A DNA stretch of 64,000 bases from Pseudomonadota bacterium (GTDB taxonomy: Bacteria; Desulfobacterota; Desulfobacteria; Desulfobacterales; RPRI01). Shown piece after piece: positions 29,725 through 40,289 of the stretch; within the stretch, counting starts at the first letter, position 1; each line of letters opens with the position of its first letter. A program made the translations under genes and the position numbers. The notes beneath the pieces are model-generated. The model was not told where the DNA came from. It saw nothing but the letters and a program-made list of their open reading frames with translations, and ran no database searches. The stretch is from the NCBI GenBank assembly GCA_043825875.1, contig JBDRRF010000024.1, positions 1 through 64,000 of the forward strand. The letters are read 5' to 3'.

Positions 29725-32043
29725 TTATGCTTCTCCTTTCTTCTTCTTTAGCTCTCTTAAGACTTTCTCAGGGGTTATGGGGGTTTCTTTGAACCTTATT
29801 CCTGTTGCATCATATATGGCATTTAGTATAGCCGGTGCAATCGGGCCTACAAGTCCTTCAGCACCCTCTTTGGCTCCATACGGCCCCCCGGGGTCATTTG
29901 ATTCAACAAAAACACCGGTCATTCCCGGCATATCCACGGCTGTAGGCATTTTGTAATCTAAAAAATCGGGAGTTAGTGTCTTCCCTTCTTCTACAACAAT
30001 GTTTTCAAATAAGGCATAACCGATTCCCATCTGGCAGGCCCCTTCCAATTGGCCTTCCGCGCCAAGCAGATTGATTACCCGGCCACAGTCGTGGCTATGA
30101 TACAAGTTAGTGACTTTTACCCGGCCGGTATCTTTATCAACTTCTACTTCCGCTACAACCGCCCCGAATGTATAGGCTGGTGAAAAACTTCCATATCCGG
30201 TAAGCATATTAAGCTTGGCCAATTGTTTCGGATCAGGATTCCAGGTTCCTTCTCCCATGATGGTCATTCCTTTATGAGCAAGTTGACACAGTTCAACAGC
30301 TTCTGCAAAAGATACGCCCTTTTCCGGAGAACCTTTGACATATATCCGCCGGTTCCTGGCATCAAGATCTTCAGCATTAGCTTCGAACTTTTCTGCAACC
30401 ACCTTAAAAAGTTTCTGCTTCAAATCTATTGCAGCGCTTTTGGCGGCATTTCCCGACTGAAACGTACACCGGGCCGAAACTGTAAGTGCATCCGGCGGAC
30501 TATAATCCGTATCCACAGACGAGATCTTTACGTCTTCCATTCGTAATCCAAGCTCTTCGGCTACAATTTGGCTAAGCACCGTATCAGATCCCTGACCGAT
30601 ATCCGAAACCCCGGATAGTATGAATGCGCATCCATCCGGACTCGCTTTGACAAAAATTGTGGAGGATGCGGTATATTGACCCAGCAGGGAAAGCTGGTGT
30701 CCGCTGAAAAGTCCGGTGCTTGACATACCAATGCCTTTTAACGGTGGCATCTTCTTATATTTCTTTTTCCATTCTGTCTTTTCCTCAAGTTTTTGTAGGC
30801 ACTCTTGCAGTCCGCCGCTTGATATATAAAAACCATTGACCGTTGTATCTCCTGTTCTTAAGCCGTTTTTCATTCTCAAGTCTATCGGATCTATACCTAA
30901 CTCCTCAGCCACCAAATCCATTTGAATTTCAGAGGCCAGATATGATTGTGGAGATGTGTATCCCCGCATGGCTGTGCAAGGGGAGTTGTTTGTATAAAAC
31001 CGCTGAGATTCAAACCTGATGTTGGGCTGCCTGTAAACATGGCTTAACCACAGAGCGGCAAGAAAGGTTACAACCGGACCGTGTGTATTATATGCACCCC
31101 CATCCAGCTTAATATTGGCTTTGCGGCTAACAATGGTACCATCTTTTTTAACACCTATTTTTATGACGATTTCAGTGCGGTGTCTTCTGCAGCTTGCAGC
31201 AAATTCCTCTTCCCGTGTGTAACAAATCCTGACTGGTTTGCCGGTTTTTTTCGATAACAGGGCGCAATGAAGATCCAGAGGATAAATACCAGCTTTTCCT
31301 CCAAAACCGCCACCAACATGGGGTTTAACCACTCTTACATTTCCTGTCGGCATATCTAAAACAAGTGCAAGAAGTTGCTTGGTCAAAAAGGGAGATTGTG
31401 TCGAAGTCCACAGGGTCACCCTCCCGGAGGAATCAAAACCGGCCACGGAATTGTGGGGTTCTAAAAAGCAATGTTGAACCAGATGTGTCACAAACTTGTC
31501 TTCCCTGACATAGTCTGATTCCCGGAAGCCTTTTTCCACATCACCAAAGTCCATTAATATGCTTGTATGCATATTCCCCGTAACATGATCGTGGATTGAG
31601 GGAGCATCCGGCTTAATGGCATCTGCGATACTTAATACAGCCGGAAGTCGCTCATATTCCACATGGATGTGCTTCAGGGCTTCCTCGGCAATATCTTCAC
31701 TGATAGCGGCAACTGCGGCAACATCGTTTCCCACAAATCTGACTTTATCCCGTGCCAGAAGATATCGATCAGCAGTCTCAGGAAACATTGACATCGCAAG
31801 CCCATATTTTACATTCGGAATATCGCGGCCCGTAATAACAGCTTTTACCCCCTTAATTTTTTCTGCTTTACTCGTATCAATGTTAAGTATCCCGGCATGT
31901 GGATAAGGGCTTCTAAGAATCTTGCCGTATAGCATTCCGGGCAGAGCGATATCGGTTGTAAATACTGCCTCGCCTTTAGTCTTCTGTGGGCCTTCCACAC
32001 GGGGAATTGATTTGCCAATAACTGAATATCCTTCTTCTTTCAT
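29725..32043 (-). CDS. Molybdopterin large subunit (HcrA-like, xanthine oxidase family)
   Basis: LRSPYPHA, GGGFGGK, AMRGY, DIGQGS, GPYGAKEGAEG. Confidence 0.92.
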   Translation of the reverse strand: MKEEGYSVIGKSIPRVEGPQKTKGEAVFTTDIALPGMLYGKILRSPYPHAGILNIDTSKAEKIKGVKAVITGRDIPNVKYGLAMSMFPETADRYLLARDKVRFVGNDVAAVAAISEDIAEEALKHIHVEYERLPAVLSIADAIKPDAPSIHDHVTGNMHTSILMDFGDVEKGFRESDYVREDKFVTHLVQHCFLEPHNSVAGFDSSGRVTLWTSTQSPFLTKQLLALVLDMPTGNVRVVKPHVGGGFGGKAGIYPLDLHCALLSKKTGKPVRICYTREEEFAASCRRHRTEIVIKIGVKKDGTIVSRKANIKLDGGAYNTHGPVVTFLAALWLSHVYRQPNIRFESQRFYTNNSPCTAMRGYTSPQSYLASEIQMDLVAEELGIDPIDLRMKNGLRTGDTTVNGFYISSGGLQECLQKLEEKTEWKKKYKKMPPLKGIGMSSTGLFSGHQLSLLGQYTASSTIFVKASPDGCAFILSGVSDIGQGSDTVLSQIVAEELGLRMEDVKISSVDTDYSPPDALTVSARCTFQSGNAAKSAAIDLKQKLFKVVAEKFEANAEDLDARNRRIYVKGSPEKGVSFAEAVELCQLAHKGMTIMGEGTWNPDPKQLAKLNMLTGYGSFSPAYTFGAVVAEVEVDKDTGRVKVTNLYHSHDCGRVINLLGAEGQLEGACQMGIGYALFENIVVEEGKTLTPDFLDYKMPTAVDMPGMTGVFVESNDPGGPYGAKEGAEGLVGPIAPAILNAIYDATGIRFKETPITPEKVLRELKKKKGEA

Positions 32044-32120
32044 ATTCTCTCCTTTGTTGCTTTACGGGCAATGGCATTATCGGAATCATTTGTGCTAACT
32101 AAAATTATCATAGATAACAA

Positions 32121-32137
32121 AGCAAATTAGACGCCAA
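32121..32137 (-). promoter_or_regulatory. Sigma54 (-24/-12) promoter of the molybdoenzyme operon
   Basis: Minus strand reads TTGGCGTCTAATTTGCT, with canonical GG-N10-GC spacing. Confidence 0.85.
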
Positions 32138-32186
32138 TATTTTATATCTAAATAATTAAGCATATTATACTTGCAAAATTAATAAA

Positions 32187-32230
32187 ATGCCATATACGGC
32201 ATATTATTTATGCCATATATGGCATAAATA
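32187..32230. promoter_or_regulatory. Tandem palindromic upstream activator sites
   Basis: ATGCCATATACGGCAT and a 26-bp perfect palindrome TATTTATGCCATATATGGCATAAATA. Confidence 0.75.
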
Positions 32231-32282
32231 TGTTATAAACATTAAATATGGTATTTTTATTACCCCAAAGAGAAATAGAACT

Positions 32283-33845
32283 ATGAATGACAAAGGTTTT
32301 TTTCACCAAGCTACTTTGCGGATCTGCAAAAGTATAGAACTTGATTCGGTTGTAGGCGATTGCTTTGATTTTCTAAAGCAGTTTATGCCCATAAATACAT
32401 TGTCGTTGAATATTTATGATCCGGATGCTGGGACTATCAAAAATGTCGCCCAAAAAACAGACAATGAAAGTATGTCGTTTGGATCTTCAGTTCAACTTTC
32501 AGCTGAGGCCAAGGTATTTCTTGAAAAACCAAAACCTTCAAAGGTGATAGTTGTTAAGCGTCAAAAAGACCATGTTATCGGCCGGATACTATCCAAAGCA
32601 TTTAAAGCAAGAGAAATTTCGGGCATGGTAATGTTTCTTGAAACTAAAGAAAAACTTTTGGGCGGTGTGTCTTTGTTTTCCAGTGGTTATGACAATTATT
32701 CAAAAGAGCATGCCAGACTTCTTGCCCTCCTGCACGACCCTTTTGCTGTGGCCATGTCCAATGCTTTAAGATATCATGAGGTGGTTAAGTTAAAAGACAT
32801 GCTTGTTGACGATAACCGCTATCTCAGCCGGGAGCTTCATCGTATCAGCGGTGAAGAAATCATCGGACAGAATTTTGGTTTAAAGGATGTCATGGAAATG
32901 GTAAGGCAGGTAGCACCTTTAGACAGCAACGCACTCCTTTTGGGCGAAACCGGAGTGGGCAAGGAGATAATTGCCAATGCGATTCATTATTCGTCTCCCC
33001 GCAGCCGGGGGCCATTTATAAAGGTCAATTGCGGGGCTATCCCGGAAAGCCTTTTAGACAGTGAATTGTTCGGACATGAAAAGGGGGCCTTTACAGGGGC
33101 GGTGTCACGCAAGCGGGGCCGTTTTGAGCGCGCCCATACCGGATCTATTTTCCTGGATGAAATCGGGGAACTTCAGCCCCAGGCTCAGGTCAGACTCCTT
33201 CGTGTGATTCAAAACATGGAAATCGAGCGGGTCGGCGGGGAAAAACCGGTTCCTGTTAATATCCGGATCATTGCCGCATCCCATAGAAATCTGGAAGAGA
33301 TGGTGCGGGCCGGAAAATTCAGAGAAGATTTATGGTACCGGCTGAATGTGTTTCCTATTACGATTCCTCCACTGAGGCACAGGCTTTCGGATATTCCCTC
33401 TCTGGTTAACTACTTCATAGAACAAAAATCAAGGCAGATGAATTTAAAGAATTATCCGGTTCTTGCTCCTGGTGCCATTGAACGCTTGCAGTCTTACCAA
33501 TGGCCCGGAAATGTTAGGGAGCTTGAAAATGCAATTGAACGGGCTCTGATTCGTAGCAGTACTGCATCTATCGATGAACCTCTGCGTTTTGATGATTTTA
33601 CTCCTTCAGAAGTTCAAGCAACGAACCGGAAGATTTCACATCAAGAAGTGCTGCCACTTAAACTTAACGAGGCCATGAGAAACCATATTCAAAAAGTGCT
33701 GGATATGACAAATGGAAAGATTCAAGGAAAAGATGGAGCGGCAGCCATTCTGGGTATTCATTCCAGCACCCTTAGAAACCGTATGGTCAAACTTGGAATC
33801 ACATTTAACCGTAAACAAAAACGACTATCCCCGGCCTGTTCATAA
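32283..33845 (+). CDS. Sigma54-dependent activator, GAF-like domain + AAA+ + HTH (FhlA/HyfR-like)
   Basis: GETGVGKE, GAFTGA, WPGNVRELEN, C-terminal HTH; start moved to 32283, past the palindromes. Confidence 0.92.
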   Translation: MNDKGFFHQATLRICKSIELDSVVGDCFDFLKQFMPINTLSLNIYDPDAGTIKNVAQKTDNESMSFGSSVQLSAEAKVFLEKPKPSKVIVVKRQKDHVIGRILSKAFKAREISGMVMFLETKEKLLGGVSLFSSGYDNYSKEHARLLALLHDPFAVAMSNALRYHEVVKLKDMLVDDNRYLSRELHRISGEEIIGQNFGLKDVMEMVRQVAPLDSNALLLGETGVGKEIIANAIHYSSPRSRGPFIKVNCGAIPESLLDSELFGHEKGAFTGAVSRKRGRFERAHTGSIFLDEIGELQPQAQVRLLRVIQNMEIERVGGEKPVPVNIRIIAASHRNLEEMVRAGKFREDLWYRLNVFPITIPPLRHRLSDIPSLVNYFIEQKSRQMNLKNYPVLAPGAIERLQSYQWPGNVRELENAIERALIRSSTASIDEPLRFDDFTPSEVQATNRKISHQEVLPLKLNEAMRNHIQKVLDMTNGKIQGKDGAAAILGIHSSTLRNRMVKLGITFNRKQKRLSPACS

Positions 33846-34054
33846 AAACAATATGAGGCTTTCTTGAAATTATTTACATATTAACTTGGATATATAAAGG
33901 TATTGGGTACAATATACCCAAATGCATCCTGCATTCTTTACATCTGCCTCTTGCATAATAAACCTTATATCGTGTATCTATTAGAAAACTGATTTATCCG
34001 GTGCCGACATCGGGGCCGGTTGGAAAACATCTGTCTTGGTAATTGGAATAAATT

Positions 34055-35800
34055 GTGAAATCCATTGAGCTGATAAAGTCTTATTTTCTTGAAAACCGTC
34101 TTAGGATAGTAGTTGGCCTCTTATGCCTGATAGCTGTTGATTTTCTGCAGCTTATAATTCCACGCATAATGAAACTTGCTATCGATGATCTTGCTTTATT
34201 TAGGGCAGATACAAAACAACTTGCCATATATGCTCTATATATTGTTGGTATTGCACTTTTGATGGCAGTATTTAGATACTTGTGGAGAAAATATCTTATA
34301 GGTACTTCCAGGGCTGTGGAGGAAGGTTTGAGAAACAAACTTTTCAGCCATATACAGTCTCTTTCTTCTCCTTATTTTGATAAAACAAAAACCGGCGATA
34401 TTATGGCCCATGCCACAAACGATATTATGCATATCAGAATGGCAATTGGCATGGGAATGGTAGCCTTAACCGATGCCTTAGTTCTTGGCGCGGCTTCCAT
34501 AGGTTTTATGCTTTATATCAATAAAACTCTTACCATATTTGCTCTTATACCCATGCCTTTTATTGCTTTCGGAGCAAAATTTTTCAGCAGAAAAATGCAC
34601 AGGCTTTACGACTCTGTTCAGGCATCATTTTCCGAGCTGACCGAAACCGTTCGCGAACAGTTTGCAGGAATACAGGTGGTAAAAGCTTATACAATGGAAA
34701 AAGAAGAAAGCCGGCTTGTTGAAAAAAGATCAAAAGATTACGTAAAAGAAAATTTAAAGCTTGTTAAAATTACCGGTTTTTTCTTTCCAATGATGCTTCT
34801 TTTTTCAAACATCAGCATGGTTATTGTTTTGTTTCTTGGAGGCAGGCAAACAATATATTCCACGATAACACCTGGTGATTTTGTGGCATTTATTAACTAT
34901 CTTGGTCTTATTACCTGGCCAATGATGGCAATGGGCTGGGTTACAAATCTTGTGCAGCGCGGAAAAGCATCTCTTGACAGGATAAACAGGATCATGGAAA
35001 CAACTCCTGAAATTTTTGATAAAAGTGATGCAAAATCGATCAATATCAGTGCGGCTGAAATAGTATTTGAAGATGTGATGTTTTCATACAAAGTCGGTGC
35101 CAATCCTGTGTTATCCGGTATTAACATTAAAATCGGAAAAGGGCAGATTATTGGAATTGCAGGGCCTCCAGGAAGCGGTAAAACAACTCTGTCAGGCCTT
35201 ATCCCAAGGCTATACGATGTTTCAGGGGGGCAGATACTGATAAACGGTGAAGATATACGTTCGATACGCCTTCTTGATTTAAGAAAAAGTATTTCTTTTA
35301 TGCCCCAGGAACCCTTTCTGTTTGACGGAACAATACGCGAAAACATAACTCTTGGAACCGAAGATATAAAAGAATCGGATTTGGGAAAAGTTATGGAAAA
35401 GGCGGCGCTTTTTGAAACAGTGAAAAGCTTTCCCGCAGGGATTGATACAATAGTAGGAGAAAAAGGTATTGTTCTTTCGGGGGGGCAAAAGCAAAGGATT
35501 GCCCTTGCAAGAGCGCTTCTTGCCGATTCGCCGGTACTTATATTAGATGATCCGGTAAGTCAGGTTGATGTAGAGACAGGGTTAGCTATAATAAACAACA
35601 TAAAATCCATGCAGGGGAAAAAGACTGTCATCATAGTTTCACACAGACTTTCAGCACTTTGTTTTGCCGATCAGATTATCGTGATCGATAAGGGAGAAAT
35701 TGTAGAATCAGGAGACCACAAACAGCTTATGAAACTTGGGAAATACTATGCTGATACTTATAGAATGCAGGAAATCGAAGAGGAACTAAATGCGCTTTGA
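34055..35800 (+). CDS. Heterodimeric ABC exporter subunit A (MdlA/YheI-like)
   Basis: TMD + NBD; GPPGSGKT, LSGGQKQR, degenerate Walker B LILDD. Confidence 0.92.
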   Translation: MKSIELIKSYFLENRLRIVVGLLCLIAVDFLQLIIPRIMKLAIDDLALFRADTKQLAIYALYIVGIALLMAVFRYLWRKYLIGTSRAVEEGLRNKLFSHIQSLSSPYFDKTKTGDIMAHATNDIMHIRMAIGMGMVALTDALVLGAASIGFMLYINKTLTIFALIPMPFIAFGAKFFSRKMHRLYDSVQASFSELTETVREQFAGIQVVKAYTMEKEESRLVEKRSKDYVKENLKLVKITGFFFPMMLLFSNISMVIVLFLGGRQTIYSTITPGDFVAFINYLGLITWPMMAMGWVTNLVQRGKASLDRINRIMETTPEIFDKSDAKSINISAAEIVFEDVMFSYKVGANPVLSGINIKIGKGQIIGIAGPPGSGKTTLSGLIPRLYDVSGGQILINGEDIRSIRLLDLRKSISFMPQEPFLFDGTIRENITLGTEDIKESDLGKVMEKAALFETVKSFPAGIDTIVGEKGIVLSGGQKQRIALARALLADSPVLILDDPVSQVDVETGLAIINNIKSMQGKKTVIIVSHRLSALCFADQIIVIDKGEIVESGDHKQLMKLGKYYADTYRMQEIEEELNAL

Positions 35801-37793
35801 TTATGGATATGAGGAAGAAAGGCTTGGTAAGCATTACGATTTAAATCTTTTAAAAAAGCTTTATTCGTTTGGCAAGCCTTACAGCAAGCTTTTTTTATGG
35901 GCGATATTACTTGTTGTATCAATTACCCTGCTTGATCTTTCACTTCCCTATGTGACAAAGGTTGCGATAGACAGATACATTGTTCCCCGGCCCGTGATGC
36001 ATGAAAAAACCGGTAAGCCCGATGAGAAAAAAGCAGGATATTACAAAGCGGATATAAACGATCCTGAAATTTATGAAATTTTAGAAAAGTATAAAATAGA
36101 ATTTAATAAAAAAGAAGCTTTTGCCGATATTAATTATGACAAGCTTCGTAACATGGACAAAAAAGATATTTTAAAATTAAGAGCACAAGATATAAATGGA
36201 GTTGGTCTTGCCGCTGTAGTGCTTCTTGTTTTGGTAATTGCCAGCTTTTTGCTGGGATTTGTGGAAATAATGCTGATGGAATATACAGGGCAGATGGTAA
36301 TGCATGATTTAAGGATGCGGCTATTTAACCATATCCAGGGGCTACCGGTTTCTTTTTTTACAAAAAACCCCACAGGAAGGCTTGTTACCAGAGTTACAAG
36401 CGATGTCCAGAATATGCATGAGCTTTTCACTTCGGTAATATCGGTTGTTTTTAAAGATATCTTTCTTCTTTTCGGAATCATGATTGTTCTTATAAGTATA
36501 AACTGGAAATTTGCTCTTGTCTCATTTACGGTTATACCTTTTGTTGCCTTTGCGTCTTTTAAATTTTCAAACCAGGCCAGAGACGCCTTTAGAACACTTA
36601 GGGTAAAAATAGCGGAAATTAATTCCAAAATATCCGAAACGATAGGAGGGATAAAAGTTATACAGCTTTTTTCAAAAGAGGGGGAAAACTATAAAAGTTT
36701 TAAAAAGCTTAACCATGAGAACTATGTAGCAGGTATGAAGCAGATTCATGTCTTAGCTGTTTTCATGCCTGTAATAGAACTTCTTGGTTCCATCTCGGTT
36801 GCTCTGGTTATTTTCTATGGCGGAAGCAGCGTTATTTCCGATAAAGTGACTTTAGGGGCACTTGTAGCTTTCATAGCATATATAAAGATGTTTTTCGGGC
36901 CAATAAGGGATATTGCCGATAAGTACAATATTCTTCAAAATGCCATGGCTTCAGCAGAAAGAATATTTCTTGTTCTTGACAACGAAAATACTACTGAAAA
37001 AAGTATTCATGACTATATCGGAAAAACACATGACAATACCATTGCCGGCAATAAGGATAATAAATTAGACGGCAGGATAAACTCTGTTGAATTCAGGGAT
37101 GTTTCATTTGGCTATGTTTCCGGTGAACCTGTTTTAAAAAATATATCCCTGAATATCAGAGCAGGAGAAAAAATAGCTGTTGTCGGACCCACAGGAACCG
37201 GGAAAACAACCCTTATTAATCTTCTGTCAAGGTTTTACGAGCCTGATTCGGGGCATATACTAGTAAATGAAACCGATATCAAAGAAATTTCTCCGGCTTC
37301 ACTCAGATCCAAAATGGCCCTTGTGATGCAGGATTCTTTTTTATTTTCAGGTACTGTGCGGGAAAATATCGCAAGAGGCAAACGTGACATCACAGAAAAG
37401 GAAATAGAGGATATCATCGATGCTTCAAATTGCAGAGCAATAATAGAAAAATTGCCTGAAGGGATTGATACCGTGCTTTCTGAAGGAGGAAAATCTATAT
37501 CAAGCGGAGAGCGGCAGCTTATATCAATAGCAAGAGCATTAGCCCGTGATCCTGAAATAATCATGCTTGATGAGGCTACTTCTTATGTTGACTCGGAAAC
37601 GGAAAGTCTTATTGAAAAGGCGGTTGGAAATCTTATGGAAGGCAGAACCTCAATAGTAATAGCTCACAGACTTTCAACTGCCAGAAGAGCCGATCGCATA
37701 GTGGTACTTAAAAAAGGAAGAATAGTCGAATCCGGCAGTCATGAAGAGCTGATGAAAATCAAAGGATTATATTTCAGATTATTCAGCATATAG
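35790..37793 (+). CDS. Heterodimeric ABC exporter subunit B (MdlB/YheH-like)
   Basis: TMD + NBD; GPTGTGKT, ISSGERQ, MLDEATS. Confidence 0.92.
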   Translation: MRFDYGYEEERLGKHYDLNLLKKLYSFGKPYSKLFLWAILLVVSITLLDLSLPYVTKVAIDRYIVPRPVMHEKTGKPDEKKAGYYKADINDPEIYEILEKYKIEFNKKEAFADINYDKLRNMDKKDILKLRAQDINGVGLAAVVLLVLVIASFLLGFVEIMLMEYTGQMVMHDLRMRLFNHIQGLPVSFFTKNPTGRLVTRVTSDVQNMHELFTSVISVVFKDIFLLFGIMIVLISINWKFALVSFTVIPFVAFASFKFSNQARDAFRTLRVKIAEINSKISETIGGIKVIQLFSKEGENYKSFKKLNHENYVAGMKQIHVLAVFMPVIELLGSISVALVIFYGGSSVISDKVTLGALVAFIAYIKMFFGPIRDIADKYNILQNAMASAERIFLVLDNENTTEKSIHDYIGKTHDNTIAGNKDNKLDGRINSVEFRDVSFGYVSGEPVLKNISLNIRAGEKIAVVGPTGTGKTTLINLLSRFYEPDSGHILVNETDIKEISPASLRSKMALVMQDSFLFSGTVRENIARGKRDITEKEIEDIIDASNCRAIIEKLPEGIDTVLSEGGKSISSGERQLISIARALARDPEIIMLDEATSYVDSETESLIEKAVGNLMEGRTSIVIAHRLSTARRADRIVVLKKGRIVESGSHEELMKIKGLYFRLFSI

Positions 37794-37858
37794 CAATTTT
37801 TTAGGAGTTTTTGCAGATTCATCAATATCTGGCAAATCATACAAATACTATCAAAGTT

Positions 37859-38001
37859 GAGCCACTTTCAAAACGTTTCAGTTTGGTCAAGCTCAAGGCG
37901 GGAGAAAATTTCAACCACAGGAATACATCGAGTATTTCGAGGATTGAAATTTGAGCCCAACGCTTAAGATCGGCCAAAATGGGGCGTTTTGAAACTGGCT
38001 C
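37859..38001 (-). mobile_element. 143-bp hairpin MITE
   Basis: Reverse orientation; perfect 4-bp target duplication AGTT. Confidence 0.92.
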
Positions 38002-38274
38002 AGTTGATATTTAATAAATTGACATAATAGAAGATGTTTGGTATGTATTTGTCAATGTTAATAAATTGATACATACTGTGTTTTAAACACAGCGATATCA
38101 GGCATTTATAAAAAACAATAATATGGTCATTTAAATTAGTCACTTAAGTTGCTTTTTGCAAATATTGTTAAAGAGTGAAAATATTAAATGATTTTTGATA
38201 TATAAAAAGCGGTTGATTGATTCAGCTTATTATGACCCGAAGCAATATATGAATAATTCAGGAGGAGGCATAAT

Positions 38275-40167
38275 TTGTCCCGTATAAAAGAAGCTACCTC
38301 TACCGAAAAACTGCTTAATACTATCCGCAACAAAAAAACCGATACCGATAATCAGGCTTCGCATATATCCACTATTGAGCCACAGAATAATAAACCCAAA
38401 AGTTTTGTGTCTAATAATTTTGTATCAGAGAAAAAACCTGTAACCATAGGCGTTGATATCGGGCATGAATGCCTGAGATTGGTTAAGACTACAAAAGCCT
38501 CTGATAAAAACCGGATTTTTCTTGGGTATAAAATAATACCGTTTGCAAATATAACTTCCAGGAAGTCCCCTAAATTCGCCGGTTTTATAAAAGCGGAACT
38601 TTTAAAATTCTTTGGAGCCGACCGTAAGGTAAATATATGGGCGAACATGTCTGCGGCACGTGTTAATGTCCGTCATTTAAGGATTCCCAAAGTACCAAAA
38701 AAGCAAATTGAAAACGCCATCTCCTGGGCGATTAAAAGAGAAACCCCTTTTGATGATAATGATACAAGTCTTGATTTCGAGATACTAGGAGATATTAAAG
38801 AAGACAATATCGCAAAATTATATGCTGTTGCCTATACGGCTCCTAAAGATGAAATTAATGAGATCAAAAATCTGTTTTCAGAAATCGGCCTGCAATTAGA
38901 TGGAATTTCCATTACTCCTTTTGCGCTCCAGAACATATTAAAAACCGTTCAGATCCCTGATTTTGAAGGTACGGTTGCATGCTTGTTTATAGGCAATGAC
39001 TTTTCACGCATAGATATTTATGCTCATGGCAAACTTGTTATGACAAGGGGTATCAGAGCCGGTATAAACAGTATGGTTGAAGCATTGATGGAAAGTATTT
39101 CAGCGAAGGTATATGACGGCCAAGGATTTAATGAAAAAGAAGGGGGAAATGCTGCGGCTATAGCTAAAGAGATTAGAAAAGCGCTAATAAGCCTAAGCCC
39201 TGATTCTGAACCTCTTACAGAAAATGATATTGGTTTTGAACTTAAAGAAGAGGAAAAATTTAAAGTTATTGCACTTTCTTTAGAAAGAATTGTCAGACAG
39301 GTAGAAAGGACTTTTGAATATTATACTGCAAATCTTAAATATGACAGGATTGAAAGAATTTATATATCTACTGCAATGAATGTTTACATGCCCATAGTAA
39401 AATATATCGGCGATCAACTGGGAATGGAAAGTGATATACTTGATCCGCTGAAATTTAATCTGCCTAATTTTGAAAGCCTTGCAGTAAAAGCTACGGTTTC
39501 GGACAGAATTGCACTTACACCGGCTTTGGGCCTTGCCCTTTCGGATAATGACTATACGCCAAATCTGTTGTTTAGATTTAAAGACAAGGAGAAGCTGGCC
39601 GCCTCTTTACGTATTACAAATATAGTATTTGTTTTTTTAATGCTTTTTGCAGTCTTTTGCGGGGGGCTTTTCTTGTATCAAAAAGACACTATCAAGCAAA
39701 GAAAAGCCGGCATTTCACATCTTGAAAAACAGATGTTCCAATATGAACCATCTGTCGATCAGGCGATGATATCACAAATGATTAGCAGTTCTGAAAAAAA
39801 ACAGCTTATAGCAATGGAATACAAAGAAAAATATTTCTCAATGGCTGTGATCAGCGAGTTGACATCTATAGTTCCTGTAAATATACGTCTCATTAAGCTT
39901 AAGGCTGATCTGGGAAATGCAAAACCGGATAAAAAACTGCTAATAAAAGATCGGAATATAACCAGGGAAAATACAGAAAAGAAAATGCTTCTTGAAGGGT
40001 TGGTTTTTGGTGATGAAAATACTCTTGAATCATCACTGGCCAGCTTTATAGTGAAGTTAGATGAGTCCCCGATATTCGGGGATATAAGCATTAAGCAGAA
40101 CAATGTTAAACCATTTAAAGAAAATAAAGTTCTTCACTTCATAATTGAAACAAAAATGATAGACTAG
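38275..40167 (+). CDS. PilM-PilN-like fusion, type IV pilus alignment protein
   Basis: IGVDIG actin-like start, ALGLAL, then PNLL + TM + coiled coil + LEGLV (PilN-like). Confidence 0.82.
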   Translation: MSRIKEATSTEKLLNTIRNKKTDTDNQASHISTIEPQNNKPKSFVSNNFVSEKKPVTIGVDIGHECLRLVKTTKASDKNRIFLGYKIIPFANITSRKSPKFAGFIKAELLKFFGADRKVNIWANMSAARVNVRHLRIPKVPKKQIENAISWAIKRETPFDDNDTSLDFEILGDIKEDNIAKLYAVAYTAPKDEINEIKNLFSEIGLQLDGISITPFALQNILKTVQIPDFEGTVACLFIGNDFSRIDIYAHGKLVMTRGIRAGINSMVEALMESISAKVYDGQGFNEKEGGNAAAIAKEIRKALISLSPDSEPLTENDIGFELKEEEKFKVIALSLERIVRQVERTFEYYTANLKYDRIERIYISTAMNVYMPIVKYIGDQLGMESDILDPLKFNLPNFESLAVKATVSDRIALTPALGLALSDNDYTPNLLFRFKDKEKLAASLRITNIVFVFLMLFAVFCGGLFLYQKDTIKQRKAGISHLEKQMFQYEPSVDQAMISQMISSSEKKQLIAMEYKEKYFSMAVISELTSIVPVNIRLIKLKADLGNAKPDKKLLIKDRNITRENTEKKMLLEGLVFGDENTLESSLASFIVKLDESPIFGDISIKQNNVKPFKENKVLHFIIETKMID

Positions 40168-40289
40168 TATCGTGTCATGCATCATTTGTCATCTCGACTA
40201 AAAGGAGAGATCTTGTTTTTAAGAGATTTATAAAGATTTCTCCCGTTGGTCGAAATGACAGGTTGGTACATTTCATAGTTGACGTGACA
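40168..40289. mobile_element. 122-bp miniature element with a CTAG duplication and an internal REP-like hairpin
   Basis: CTAG at 40164 and 40290; imperfect ends TATCGTGTCA/TGACGTGACA; inner TGTCATCTCGAC...GTCGAAATGACA (40187-40260). Confidence 0.65.

Noticed and set aside
29725..32043. Aerobic CO dehydrogenase CoxL, or a firm hcrA gene symbol
   Set aside because: It lacks the AYxCSFR motif of form I CoxL, and it is too divergent and context-free to assert hcrA without a phylogeny.
32187..32282. Longer N-terminus of the activator given by the ORF track
   Set aside because: It runs through the palindromic regulatory sites; ATG 32283 is more plausible. Extended starts at 23981, 27212, 44825, 49459 and 52832 were rejected for similar reasons (overlap with other features or better RBS downstream).
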